The notes under the pieces were generated by a model. It worked only from the letters and a program-made list of their open reading frames with translations, searched no databases and was not told where the DNA came from. Position numbers and translations under genes: made by a program. A DNA stretch of 63,829 nucleotides, counting the filler, from Globobulimina sp. (lineage: Eukaryota): NCBI GenBank assembly GCA_003354225.1. It is 18 parts of 18 records of this genome, joined end to end, with 100 filler letters (N's around TTAATTAATTAA, not from the genome) between each part and the next. Parts side by side here need not be neighbours in the genome. Positions count along the whole stretch, not along the records: positions 35,537 to 38,987 come from PIVH01002758.1; positions 39,088 to 42,538 come from PIVH01002759.1; positions 42,639 to 46,088 come from PIVH01002760.1; positions 46,189 to 49,638 come from PIVH01002761.1; 14 more parts are not named here. One strand, written 5' to 3'. Positions 35,790-47,850 of this stretch are shown here, piece after piece. Positions within the stretch are counted from its first letter, which is position 1. Each line of letters begins with the position of its first letter.

Positions 35790-37250
35790 TTAAAGAGTTT
35801 GAAGATTTTTCCTATAATTTTTGTGATCGCTTTCATGATGTTCCATCGATGCACGTTTCTGTCCATGAGACACCAAACCAATTCCAATAAATATCAATAT
35901 TAATCCTAAAGGAAACATAAACGAATCAACAATGGTAAAAGTTTCAAAATTGTTAAAATAAACCGCACTGATTGCAAGACACGATAATATTTGGAAACTA
36001 TTATAAATTGGAACAATTAACACGGCATCAAATATTCTCATTACTTCCGAGATCAAAAACAATTGAAATGATAACAATACGCACAAAACAATCACTATAA
36101 TAAACGGTGCCGCTGAATCAAACTGATTGTTGCCATAAAAAAGTGTTTCGAACATGAAATCTGCGGTAAGTTTGCCTAAAAATTGTACCCAGCCAACACA
36201 GCCACTGGCACTGAATGATAATAGTAAACAGCGGACAATATGCTTCCATTCCTTATTGCTGTCGTTATTGATTGTATTCATTGTCAGTATTAATAAATTA
36301 TCAGTTACTATGTCATTGTTGATGCCAGCTGTTGTCGTACAAATGGCGCCGCTTTTATTCACCTCATCATTTGTTGCGATATATTCTGTTGTTGGATTTA
36401 CGATCATTTCGACATTGTTTGACGCAAATGCTTTGTTTGTAGCATTTTCGTCAAACTCTTTTTTCGTTTCATGGCAGAAACAGCTCCCAATTATACCAAA
36501 TAAAATGGACAAAAAGCCATGAATCGATGTCCATAATATGAACTTCATCGACTTTGCATTAATCCACAATGAATCGCTGGTTAATTCGTCTTGCGAATGC
36601 ACACCAAATACAATGGAGAAGACACAACCAATCATTATCGATATTGAGCCTAATATACCAAAAAACGTTAACTTTTCTTTAAAATAATACCATGCCAAAG
36701 CTGCGTTGATGACAATGACCAACGCAGAGGTTGGCGCTAAAATGTTTAATGATGCAAACATATATGAAAAAAAATTAAATACACTATTTACGACCAATAA
36801 TGAGAATCCAAGCCACCATCTACAACGTTTATATGCAGGGCGTGGTTTCGATGATTTTGAATCCTGTTTTTATAACAAATATAATTTAATATATATATAT
36901 ATATATAAATTGAATCACAGTCAATGGAAGGAATGCATTTAAGTCCAGAAGTTTAGGCGTTGAGAGGTTGGGATGTTCGGAAGTTGGTGGATAAAAGTAT
37001 CGTAGAATTGGATTTTTGTTTCATTAATAGTTCATTCTGAACCTCTCAACTTCTCAACGCCTAAACCTCCGAACCTCCAAACCTCTCAAACCTCTCAAAC
37101 CTCTGACTTTAATGCATTTCTTTCAATGTCTATAATTTAATTCTTAACTAATTTGTGTGAATATTTGATTTGAATGTTGGCCATTCCGATCCAAAATTCT
37201 GCTCCGAATCCTAAAGCGAGTCCTATGAACACGTACAGATCGTTTGCCAT
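35790..37250 (-). CDS. NIPA-family (DMT) magnesium-transporter-like protein, 2 exons
   Basis: Exon 1 at 37149-37250 (MANDLYVFIGLALG..IG), intron 36864-37148, then RWWLGF..NFFSYMFAS..LAPTSALVIVINA..FKEKL and FDAVLIVPIY. Confidence 0.8.
36922..37128. mobile_element. MITE family A, copy 3, inside NIPA intron 1
   Basis: Reverse-orientation homolog of 3952-4174, with the same core GGTGGATAAAAGTATCGTAGAATTGGAT and the same TIRs. Confidence 0.85.
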
Positions 37251-37320
37251 GATTCGTTGCTAGTGTGTAGCTGAAAACTACTTTGATTTATTTTTTTTGT
37301 GTGCCTGCAGTTTGTTTTGA

Positions 37321-38574
37321 ATGACCTTTGAGAATTATTCGTATGATGGTAGATTAAAACGCGTAGCCGCTGAAAAAAGGAAATGTAACGATTCATCCAA
37401 TAAAACAGCAACAGGGTACGATGAATTTGAAGAAGTGTTACAAAATAAAATGAATGTAATAAAAGTTGACCCTGATGCTCGATATAATGTAGGTTTGGAT
37501 TTGGGTGATCCGGACACCGCAGATATTCGAATCGTTGGATTAGGTTATTCTGGATCAGGTATTTAAATACAATGCAATATATACAATATAAATAATATTT
37601 GCACGAACAGGTAATTCATCTTTGATGTTGAGATTATTTTACAATGAATTTGATGATGAACCAGACGACAATGCATTGCTGCAATGGGAACAACACCAAA
37701 TGAATTATTCGACCGCTGATGATCATACATTAAGGATCAGTTACTTTGATTTGAAAGGATTCGATGACATTTTATCCAAACAGCAGTTGGGGGAAAGGAT
37801 TGAAAATGCAATAAACGATTCTTTCAATGTTGTGTTGCTGTATTATTCCATCGAAAACAGGACGTCGTTTGAAGACAGCAATGGTTATTCCGTGCAAGAT
37901 ATCAAATTATGTGTGGACCATTGTTTAAATCTTGTCGATTCTGCCAAATTCAAATTGGTTTTTGTTGCATTAAAATTAGGTATATTTTATATATGTTTGG
38001 TCAGATTATTGACTGTGCGTTTTGCGGATACAATGATTCAGATACAGAGAGTGATGGAGACAGGAAAGTGAGCACCACTGAGGGTCGTCAGTTGGCGGAT
38101 GAATGGAAAGTTCCATTTGTTGAGCTTTCCTCTAAAACAGGAGTGGGTATACAACAATTATTGGATATAATATGTACTGTTTATAAAGATGGATTTGAGG
38201 ATATTGATGGTGAGGATACAATAGCTCATAAAACAAAAATTAAAGCTGATGAAGAATATATACTTGAAAACAAAGAGGAAGAAACGCCGATAGTTGATGA
38301 GATTGCATTTGTTGAGGAAGATCGAAAGGAAGTAGCAGTTATAAACAATGATGTTGTTGATAAACAAAGTAATGATATTGCTATTGTTGAAGGGGAAGAA
38401 AAAGATAAAGATGAGGTTATTAATAAGCAAAGCAATGATGCTATATATGCTTTAAATACAATGAATAATGGGAAGCCATTGATTGATGGAAACACCTCGT
38501 TGACAGAGCCTCTAATTCCTGCTGAGAATAAACCAAAAAAACAGTGTTGTTCGCACTGTTGTGTCTTTCTTTAG
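37321..38574 (+). CDS. Divergent Ras-superfamily small GTPase-like protein with CaaX tail, 3 exons
   Basis: IRIVGLGYSGSG|NSSL, YFDLKG, LYYSIENRTSFE, RKVSTTEGRQLADEWKVPFVELSSKTG and C-terminal CCSHCCVFL. Confidence 0.75.
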
Positions 38575-38696
38575 CAAGTCACAGATTTATCATTAAATCA
38601 AAAGTATATTAGGTCAATAAAATAAAATAAAATATGTCAGGATAAGATCAAAACTTACATCGTCAAGACTGATTATCGAAAGAATTATGAAACTAA

Positions 38697-38987
38697 TTAT
38701 ATTTCATCCAACTTTCTCTTTTTTCCAAGAATTCTGTTTGTCAACACATTGTGATGCACAACCATATCATCATTTTTATGATTATTAACTTTTATCACTT
38801 CGCCCAACTCATTTAGAATATAATTTTTTCCATCGATAATGCTGGGCGCCACCGCAGACGCTTTATGTTTGGGCACAAAATGAAAATTCGAACCAACAGC
38901 GCCCAATAACATTTCAGTGATTTTAATCCAATCTGCCACATTTTTGGAAGCAAACAACGTCTCCAAATCATTGCGTCCAACATAGTA
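38697..38987 (-). CDS. 3' end of a hypothetical protein
   Basis: Open frame from the contig edge ending in the NLS-like GKKRKLDEI-stop. Confidence 0.4.
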   Translation of the reverse strand, partial: YYVGRNDLETLFASKNVADWIKITEMLLGAVGSNFHFVPKHKASAVAPSIIDGKNYILNELGEVIKVNNHKNDDMVVHHNVLTNRILGKKRKLDEI

Positions 38988-39189
38988 NNNNNNNNNNNNN
39001 NNNNNNNNNNNNNNNNNNNNNNNNNNNNNNNTTAATTAATTAANNNNNNNNNNNNNNNNNNNNNNNNNNNNNNNNNNNNNNNNNNNNGCAACAGAATGTA
39101 AAGCCGTACGCAACATAAATTTGAGAGAAAAAATAAACTTAATTATAAATAATAAATAAAGTACAGGTAATAAATAAAAAAGTAATTTC

Positions 39190-40793
39190 TTATAACATTG
39201 CTAAACGAGTATGTTTGCAAAGTTGCATAATCCATTCGGCTCTGGCAATGGCACCATCACAGTCTGCGTCCAATAATAAAAACACAGCGTGTTTTTCAGA
39301 GTTTGAGAATGTACGACCACATTCCTGACCTAATGTCACTAATTCAGCCATTCCCAATTTGCCCGATTTATCTGTATCTAATTCATCAAATTTTGCAATA
39401 ATTTTTTTTAACGAAATCTCATCAATGTCTGATTCATTCAACATTCCCGTACGCGTTTCTTCATTTTCTTCATTTGCATCGCTGGCATTTGTAACTGTTG
39501 AATTAATGATATATTCTCTTATTACATTATATTTTCTTGCTGCGATAATACTAAATATCAAACTTAAAAGAGTCATAAGCAATAAATATATGCCAGCAAT
39601 CCATGGAACTGCTCGAAATTGAGTCACATTGCTATCATTCATGAATGCCGCACATGATATCATCATTGCAATGTACAATGTCGATCTGCCCCAAATCCGA
39701 CGAAATAACTAATTCCAATTCATTTCAAAATGGATAAGTAATACAAGAGCAGCATACTGAACATAGTCATATATCATACCTTGACCCAATCAAATATCCC
39801 TAATTGGCATTTCATAATAATTTCACTTTCAGACGATATGGATATGGGCATATCAATTAAGCACATTAATAAAGCACCAATTATTAAATAACAATATAAC
39901 CAAAATTCAATGAAATTTGTGCTGCGAGTAATCATGTCAGCGACGGAACAGCCAAACAATAAAAAACTGCCAATCCATGTAAACACTCCTAAGGGGAACC
40001 ACTTATATCCTCTGTTGCATCCCGTGCCTACTTTTGCTGTCCATTCCGCATCGTTTTTCTGTTCAACCTCAGTTCCTGGAATAAGTGGAATCGTTTCTTG
40101 TTCGGTGGTGTCTGTTTCTTGTTGATCTGTGCCGAGATTTATTTCTATCAAGTCTTGGGTTTTCGCATCCTCTGCACCTGCTACCTCCGCACCTGTTACT
40201 AGTAACGGATTGAGTTCGTCCGCTATGGCTGCTGTTGCCATACTTGTATCGTTTTTTTGTGCAATTTTAACATCACTTTCTATGATGGTTTCTTGTTGCT
40301 TTGCTTCTGTTGGTTGTTCTGTTGTTGGTTTTGCTTGATCTGGATCAGGATCTTGGTTTTTTGCATCCTCTTCACTTGTTAACGGATTAAGTTGGTCCGC
40401 TGTGGCTGCTGTTGCTGTTGCCACGCTTTTATTGTTTTTCTGCGGATCCGGAACATCACCGCCTGTCATGGCTTCTTGTTGTTGTTTTGCTGCTGTTTGT
40501 ACGGTTGTTGCTTTCGGTGGATTGTCTTGACTTTTTCCATCTTGTTCACTTGTTAATGGTTTAAGTTCGCTTGCATTTGTTGTGGATGCTGTTGCCATGA
40601 TTGATAAAGCAAAGTTTATGTCCTCTTCGTGTTGTTGTTGTTTTGCTTCTGTTTGTGGTTCTGTTGTTGGTTTCGCAGGATCAGGATCTTGCGGATTTGG
40701 GGGATTTATTGTTATCATATTGTCCTGGCTTTTCCCATCCTCTTCACTTGTTAATGGTTTAAGTTCGTCGTTTGGGTCGGCTGCTGTTGCCAT
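39190..40793 (-). CDS. COPI-associated/Tvp15-like membrane protein with N-terminal repeats and C-terminal EF-hand pair
   Basis: About four ATA..(D/S)EL(K/N)PL..ED.K.QD repeats and four TM helices including WGRSTLY (intron about 39711-39779). EF-hands DTDKSGKLGMAE and DADCDGAIARAE. Confidence 0.65.
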
Positions 40794-40869
40794 GATTGTA
40801 AAAAGTAAGGCTAGTTAAGTTTTTATGCTTAAGTAAAAAGTAAGCTATTGACAATGCTCCGGTCTATTA

Positions 40870-41051
40870 GGGAATGTTCTAGTATTACGTAATTAGAATT
40901 GATACCTAGGACCTAGGTGTCATTAATTACAATTTATTACAATTCAAATCTGAGTGACTAGCTTGTAAAAACAAGTTATTACAAATTATTACAATTAACG
41001 ACATCTAGGTCCTAGGTATCAATTCTAATTACGTAATACTAGAACATTCCC
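40870..41051. mobile_element. PIF/Harbinger (Tourist)-like MITE, 182 bp
   Basis: 47-bp perfect TIR GGGAATGTTCTAGTATTACGTAATTAGAATTGATACCTAGGACCTAG, extending to about 59 bp with 2 mismatches. TTA direct repeats at 40867-40869 and 41052-41054. Confidence 0.88.
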
Positions 41052-41178
41052 TTACCAGTCTCTTTCGCTCACATTGAACCCAAATTTACTAATTTATCCT
41101 ATACTATGTGATCAACAAAAACATTGGAAAAAAAAAAACAAAGCACAGTGCAAATCGAACAAATACAATCCAATGGTT

Positions 41179-42538
41179 TTATAATACACGTTTTATATCT
41201 TTTGTTTTAAATTTTATGGATGCTCTGTGATATCTTGCATCAAATTGCTGAATACATATCTGTGCAATTATTAATTTATGACTACATTTTTTAGTCCAAT
41301 TCACATTATTCTCTTCTTCTCCATCTATCAAAGACATATCATGTATTTCATCCCAATTATCGTTATTCGCAAATGAAAACATATGATTTGTAAATGCATC
41401 ATCAACATATAATATTTCATCTTTGTAATTAATATCTTTTTCAAAATATACAAATGTATCCACTTCTTTTCCATCAATATTTACTATTTTCATACACATT
41501 TTAAATGGTAAATCATCCATAAACTCACTACATTCGACATACATATCATTTAAATCATTAATATCCTCCACATCCAATTCATATTCATCAAAATAATGAA
41601 TATAATCATTAAAACCATCAAACTCTCCATATTCATATTGTGTATAACGAGTCAAATTAGAATTAAAATGAAATGAATGCCAATCCATCGCATCATATTT
41701 ATTTATCATATCACCTAAATTGCCTTCAATTGGGTTAAATAACCATTCCCCACCGTCATCAACAAACAATTCCTGTGTCGCATGTACCAAATCCCTATAA
41801 CTTACATCTCCTTTGCGATATACTTTTTTTTCACCAAATCTAATCTCAAAACTTAAAAACATATCAGCATCGACATAATAATGTAAACAAATCTCATAAT
41901 TTACTACATTTTTAATAAACGTACATCGCGAGACAACAGGCGCTAACACAATGTCTTCATACTGAGCCATATCAATGTCATTATGTATCATTATTCTCCT
42001 CCTATCAACAAATCCAATTTTCCTGGTCAATATATCGGCGATCCATCCCTGTTCAGTGCCTGCTGCCAATTCTTTTCGTTTTAGTTTCCGTAATGCAATT
42101 TTTAATTTTGTGTCTTTTCTTCTTCGGATTCGTTTGACTCTCTCCCTCCATTTTGCCCTCATTCGCATTCTGCGTTTGCGTGCTTTTGCGTTTCTGGCTC
42201 TTATTCTGGCCCTGGCTCTCATCAATCTGGCGGCGCGCCGATAACACGAACTGGCACAGCCTGACAATAAAGAACGATGTAACGATGCTGAGGCATCGCC
42301 TATATTTGATATTTCATCCCAATCGCTGTCATTTAATGCATTCAATTCAATCTTATTATTGCTTGGATCGTGTAATATTAATGCTATTTTGTCATATTCT
42401 GATGATATATCAATGGTTATATTCATTTGTAATGCTTCATTGTAAAACGTTGTTGTTTTATACTGTGACGAGTCAAGAATATAATGGTCTGTTTTATAAT
42501 AAAATCTGAAGTCTGATATATCCCATATAGCTAATGAT
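41179..42538 (-). CDS. Hypothetical protein with Arg/Lys-rich helix and Asp/Tyr-rich C-terminus, 5' partial
   Basis: The frame stays open upstream of the listed ATG to the contig edge (over 450 codons). No recognisable family. Confidence 0.65.
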
Positions 42539-42638
42539 NNNNNNNNNNNNNNNNNNNNNNNNNNNNNNNNNNNNNNNNNNNNTTAATTAATTAANNNNNN
42601 NNNNNNNNNNNNNNNNNNNNNNNNNNNNNNNNNNNNNN

Positions 42639-44608
42639 TATTTTGGTGTGGATACATATGGGAATGTCGCCAGGATGATCGTTATGGAAGTCTGGGAAGT
42701 GATGATGCAGACACTTGCTCTATTACTGTACAACGGATTTAATGTCTGGGACGCAGATGGCGTGTATTTAGCGTACAAACCGACATTCATTTATTTATTT
42801 GTCAGTATGTTATCATTTAACTGCATAGTTGTCGGTATATTATGGTTACTGTATGTATTTCAACAGCATAAATGCAATGGTTTACTATTCAAATTATGTG
42901 CATTTTGTATTGACCAATTTTGCGATTTATTTTACGTGATATATCCTTTTATAGTGGTCTTCCAAGATGGTTATAACGAGCTGTATAAAGATGGCCAAAC
43001 TGATGCTATTTGGGTTGGATTTGGCTTATTAAATCAAGACACTTTTTCAGCTTTTTTATATTCTGCTTTTCCAATGACATTATTAATTACAAAATGTCTG
43101 CTAACCACACGATCAGCAACGCGAGAGATGCGAAATAAATCGTATTATATCTGGTTATCTGTCACAAAAACAATGGTTGCTTCGCATTGCATTGAAGATA
43201 CAAATAATTTCGAGGCAGTTGATACTGAACTTTATGATGAAAAAGGTAATCTGAAAAAAAATATATTGGCAGCCACTACGAAACCAAGCTCCATCCCCAA
43301 AAACACCGCATGCCGCATTTCAATTGTAATTGTCGGCGTATTCTTTATCGTGTATTCCATTGTATTGTTAAGGTTTGTTATGTAATACAAATATAATTAA
43401 TATATGTACACCGTATATGTAGTCTGGTGATAAATCATCTGCAGTCATCTCGTCATTATTGCAACACCGCAGCCACCAAAGTGGAGATAATGCAGCAACA
43501 TCCGGAGTTGTCTGTGTTTAATGCATTTTGTAACTATAAAGTGTATCCATTTTCATTTAGCACAGACATGGCTTCCAACTGTGAATGTCGAGTGCTTCAA
43601 TTGGACTGGAAAAATATGGACAAATTCGATGTCAATGTCAGTCAAATTGCAGTGGTTGATGGCATATTACGCGAATGGAGCATGTTGGAGAAGTTTCAGA
43701 CCAGAAACACATTGCATTGGCAATCTCCGCCCGCTTTAGAACTCTCTGCGTTGCATTTCAGAGCCACAGAAATGAAATTATTCAGTTGGTTGGATATCGG
43801 TATAATGAAAATTGACGATGCAATCTCAAATTGGGGCAAATTGGAATTTTTTGAACTTCAACGAGTGGATAATTTGACCGCATTCCCTTCATCATTTTCA
43901 AAATTAACAAACTTAAAAGCGTTTCTGCTCGCAAACGTTAACAATTTATCTAATTTTACACAATATTTATGTGCAATGACAGAATTACTCATTGTTCAAC
44001 TACGCGGTACAAATGATGCAGTGATACCGCATTGTTTTGGAGACTTAATCAATTTGCAAAGGCTGGGTATTCAGGCGAATCATGTCAGGGCATTTCCGTT
44101 GGGAATATTGAATCTGACAAAGTTAGAATCCTTGGATTTGTGGAACAATCTGATTACTTATGATCAGATTTTGGAATACAATAATTTTAGTAATGACAGT
44201 GATCCATTTAAATATTATATAAATTCCCCGACTGAGACTGATGTTTTTTTATCTGGGAAGATTTGCGCAACACATTATTTGCAAGCATTACCAAAATCGT
44301 TTCAAATATGGACAAACAAACGAGGGGCCTGCGGGAGTGGGCAATGTGCGCAAGATGGTGAATGCGCTGCTTATGGCTTAGGAAATGGTATTTGCATCGA
44401 TATCTGTAATATTGCAGAATGTGATTATGATAAAGGGGATTGTTATCAGTTTTGTTTTACAAAAACACAGTGTTCAATTGATAGCTATTTGAATGACATT
44501 TGTGATGAGGAGTGTAATAATGAGGAGTGTGCGTGGGATAATGGAAGGTGTAAGAATGCGACTGTTGTTCCAACAAAAAGACCAGCTGGCATTGGTAGTG
44601 TGAAGTGA
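42639..44608 (+). CDS. Multi-pass membrane protein with C-terminal leucine-rich repeats and two LNR (Lin12/Notch) repeats
   Basis: About five TM helices, intron 43373-43422, LxxLxLxxN repeats (LTKLESLDLWNNLI). LNR motifs GNGICIDICNIAECDYDKGDC and NDICDEECNNEECAWDNGRC. Confidence 0.75.
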
Positions 44609-45304
44609 CTAACTTTTTGATTTTAATTTTGTTTTTTCTGCATCAGATATCTGACTTTTGGAGTTGAAATACGAATACATTGGTTATTCAATTACGCAGT
44701 TGATCGCTCACCACAATAAATTAGGTCAATAGTTGTGTCTGCAGTGCATAAACAAAATCCATTGTTTAAATTAAATCAGATTCCATGCATCTGAATATAG
44801 TTAAATTAGATATGGAATGATGAATAAAATAAATGTTTCATTCGTGATAAAATGTAAAACATAAACAGATATTTTTACATTTTGATTATTGAAAAAATGA
44901 AGAACAGTTTGCTATTAGGACAACACACTCAATATCATGGACATTGAAACGATCCACGCTATTTAACGAAAGGTTGCCTGCATAAAATATGGATTACCCA
45001 CAACGCAAACATTATTTCCCAAAAACAAACATTGGCACAAACATTTATCACATTATGCAAATTACATAAAAATCATGGGAGAACCAGCAATAACCACAGT
45101 AATCAAAATTCATTGTGAATTCATTGTTAATTTGTCGATAAGAAGCTCATCGATGCGGTGTGCATAGCGCATACCTGTTATTTTTTAGTTTATTGTTAAT
45201 TCAATCTGTTAACATGCAAATAAAAGAACATTTTAATAGCACTCCGAATTCAAAACTTTATACTAAATTAAAATATGTAGCGTCAACAAACAACTTATGT
45301 CTAT

Positions 45305-45710
45305 TTACGGATGATGCAATAAATTAAGATCACTTTGATTCTTTTGTTGTGAGGAAGTATACAATTTATTTGGTTTTGGATCGACAAAGGGACTGCGATC
45401 AAATCTTTCTTTGTCCGATGCAAAATACGTTGATTTTGGATCAATATCAAATACTGTTAAATTTGCTGTTTTTTTCAATTTTGGGTGTGATAACAATTGA
45501 AATTGTACATGTTTTTGCATTGAACGGTTAAATATTTGGCCAAATTGGGAAAAGTTAATTCTTCCCTCATTTGTTGGATCCATTAATTTTATTATTTTAT
45601 CAGCTTCATTGTGTGTCATTTTTGTGTCAATATATTTTAATTTATCGCGTAATTCATCATGATTTATAAGTAAATCGCTGTTTGTATTCGATTGAAGAAA
45701 TATGGCGACA
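45305..45710 (-). CDS. EF-hand pair protein, 5' end apparently missing
   Basis: FLQSNTNSDLLINHDEL and IIKLMDPTNEGRINFSQF. Confidence 0.6.
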
Positions 45711-46088
45711 TTCAGCAGCCGTTGGGCAAGAAAAAGGTGTACAGGATTCATGTTGGACCACTCGGACATTGACCATCGATGAAGATGCAGCGTATTCATC
45801 AAATCGCTATAAATACAAGAGTCGACACGACGGGTTTGCTATTTTCCAATGCGTTGTATTTTCATTGTTCACTGTTTATTGTGTCTTGGTATTTGTTTAT
45901 GGCGCTTGTTTGCTAATCGTTGATGTGATGGCCATCCAACAGCACAAATTATACCATAAAGCACCAAAATTTAAAAGTTATTTGAAGAGATTAAAAAGTA
46001 ATTCATCTGCTCATATACATAAGACACCCAATGTGGTTATGGCCTGTTTTGCTGCGGTGAAATCTAAATATGATTTATATTTTGGTGT
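45700..46088 (+). CDS. Upstream part of the TM-LRR-LNR gene, continuing in frame at the contig start (42639)
   Basis: Ends YDLYFGV and the contig begins YFGVDTYG, with an identical 11-nt overlap TATTTTGGTGT. Confidence 0.6.
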
Positions 46089-46188
46089 NNNNNNNNNNNN
46101 NNNNNNNNNNNNNNNNNNNNNNNNNNNNNNNNTTAATTAATTAANNNNNNNNNNNNNNNNNNNNNNNNNNNNNNNNNNNNNNNNNNNN

Positions 46189-46303
46189 AATTCGAAGTTG
46201 CGCTCATCTCTGGCGAAGACGTTGCGTAGTTGCTGGCCATCGCAAGATCACGCTTGACCCCTTCATAGGTGTGATCTCCATCAATGTATATCCAATCAAA
46301 ATG
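46189..46303 (-). other. Fragment of a class I SAM-dependent methyltransferase (Methyltransf_24-like)
   Basis: FDWIYIDGDHTYEGVKRDL motif only. The flanks do not continue the domain. Confidence 0.5.
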
Positions 46304-46680
46304 TGGGGTATCACAGATGTCAATGATCAAAATTGTTTATTGAATCATATTCGTTTGTTATGTGAATCAAATAAAGATATCGATGTCGAAGATTTACCAT
46401 ATTCTAACAAAGTAGAGGGTGCACATGGTGACATCCTCGACATTCATACGGATAAATAAATCAAAAGAGATTGTTTGTGTCATGTCACTTATGTGTTTGC
46501 TTTGTTGCAGAGTTGTGTGATTATTATTGTTGCATAGTTGTGTGATTAATTATTATTCTTATTTTTATTATTTGTTGATATTAAATTCATGCATCGATTG
46601 TACGCATAATTTTGTTCGATAAGAGCCTGAAAAAAACAAAAAAAACCTTTTCAAACAGCAAAAAAAATCAGTAAATTGCA

Positions 46681-47595
46681 ATGGCAGACTATACCGCGCT
46701 TTGGGGAATAACACTTGTCATGTGTGGAATATTCCTCTTGGCAGCCAGCTTTGGCATTTGTACAGAATGCACAACATATGGTAAAGGTCAAAGACATTTA
46801 TTCCCAGCGGTGATATCTATAATTTGTTATACGCTTTCAGCACTATTTAGTTTACTCGATTCGCGTTCTACGTCGATTGTATTTCAAGTTTTGGCTCTTT
46901 ATTCTTGGGCGTTTGCTGAAGTGGGCATCCATTTTTTTTTCATAGTCCATATTTATGAGACATTCCATAATGATCGACATGATGATGGTGATCAGTTGAA
47001 ATTAAGGTTACAAAAAAGAGAAAAAAAGGTTCTTGCCGTTTTAATTGCGATCTTTGTTGGGTGCCAAATTTATATGGGAATAAATGCAATATTATTACAT
47101 ATGGATAAAATTAGTCATTTGACAGCAAATAAGTCAGATTTATGGATGGCAATAATTAGTCTTGTGTGTGATGTATCGGTTTGTATTTATTTATTTTATA
47201 TGTTTCGAGTTCGTTTGAAGAGATTAAATGTTAATCCGGCAGATGTTAATGGTCAAAACAATGATTTAGTCGCCACATTAACCAAATATTATTTATTGTT
47301 AGGAGTAGGCACAGTTGTTACTTCTATAGGATATGCTGCGAACGTCGCGGCAGATGCTGTGCATGTACATGATCGCTCAAACAATTTTTGGGTAGATGAT
47401 ACTTCTGCAGTTGATAAGGTAGCATATGGAGCATGGTCAGCTGATATTATAATTAATGTATTTTTGATTTATCTTAATATTGAACCAGGAAAATGTATAT
47501 ATAACATATTATGTGTTAGAACAAGGTTTGATGAATGTGTCCAGAGATCTACCTCGAATGAAAATAGTTTATTATTAGTATCAGTTACTCTATGA
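46681..47595 (+). CDS. Seven-transmembrane-like protein (GPCR-like topology)
   Basis: 304 aa with about seven hydrophobic segments, a short N-terminus and a polar C-tail. No family signature recognised. Confidence 0.6.
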   Translation: MADYTALWGITLVMCGIFLLAASFGICTECTTYGKGQRHLFPAVISIICYTLSALFSLLDSRSTSIVFQVLALYSWAFAEVGIHFFFIVHIYETFHNDRHDDGDQLKLRLQKREKKVLAVLIAIFVGCQIYMGINAILLHMDKISHLTANKSDLWMAIISLVCDVSVCIYLFYMFRVRLKRLNVNPADVNGQNNDLVATLTKYYLLLGVGTVVTSIGYAANVAADAVHVHDRSNNFWVDDTSAVDKVAYGAWSADIIINVFLIYLNIEPGKCIYNILCVRTRFDECVQRSTSNENSLLLVSVTL

Positions 47596-47850
47596 TTGTG
47601 TCCAAATAAATCATTACATTGTACAGTAAATCGTCAGTAATTAACAGTATCATATATTTTAATGAAAACCATGCATTTTTGATTTCAAAATGTGTATACG
47701 TTTTTTTTGAAAGTGCACAATTTCCCTTTATGTGCGAGGATATAAAAAATAGAACCAAATGCCTACTGAATAAAACTGGCAAATCTGTTTCAAAATTCTA
47801 TTCTACCAAAAACACTCACTGACCACCCAACTCAAATAAACCATCAAACC

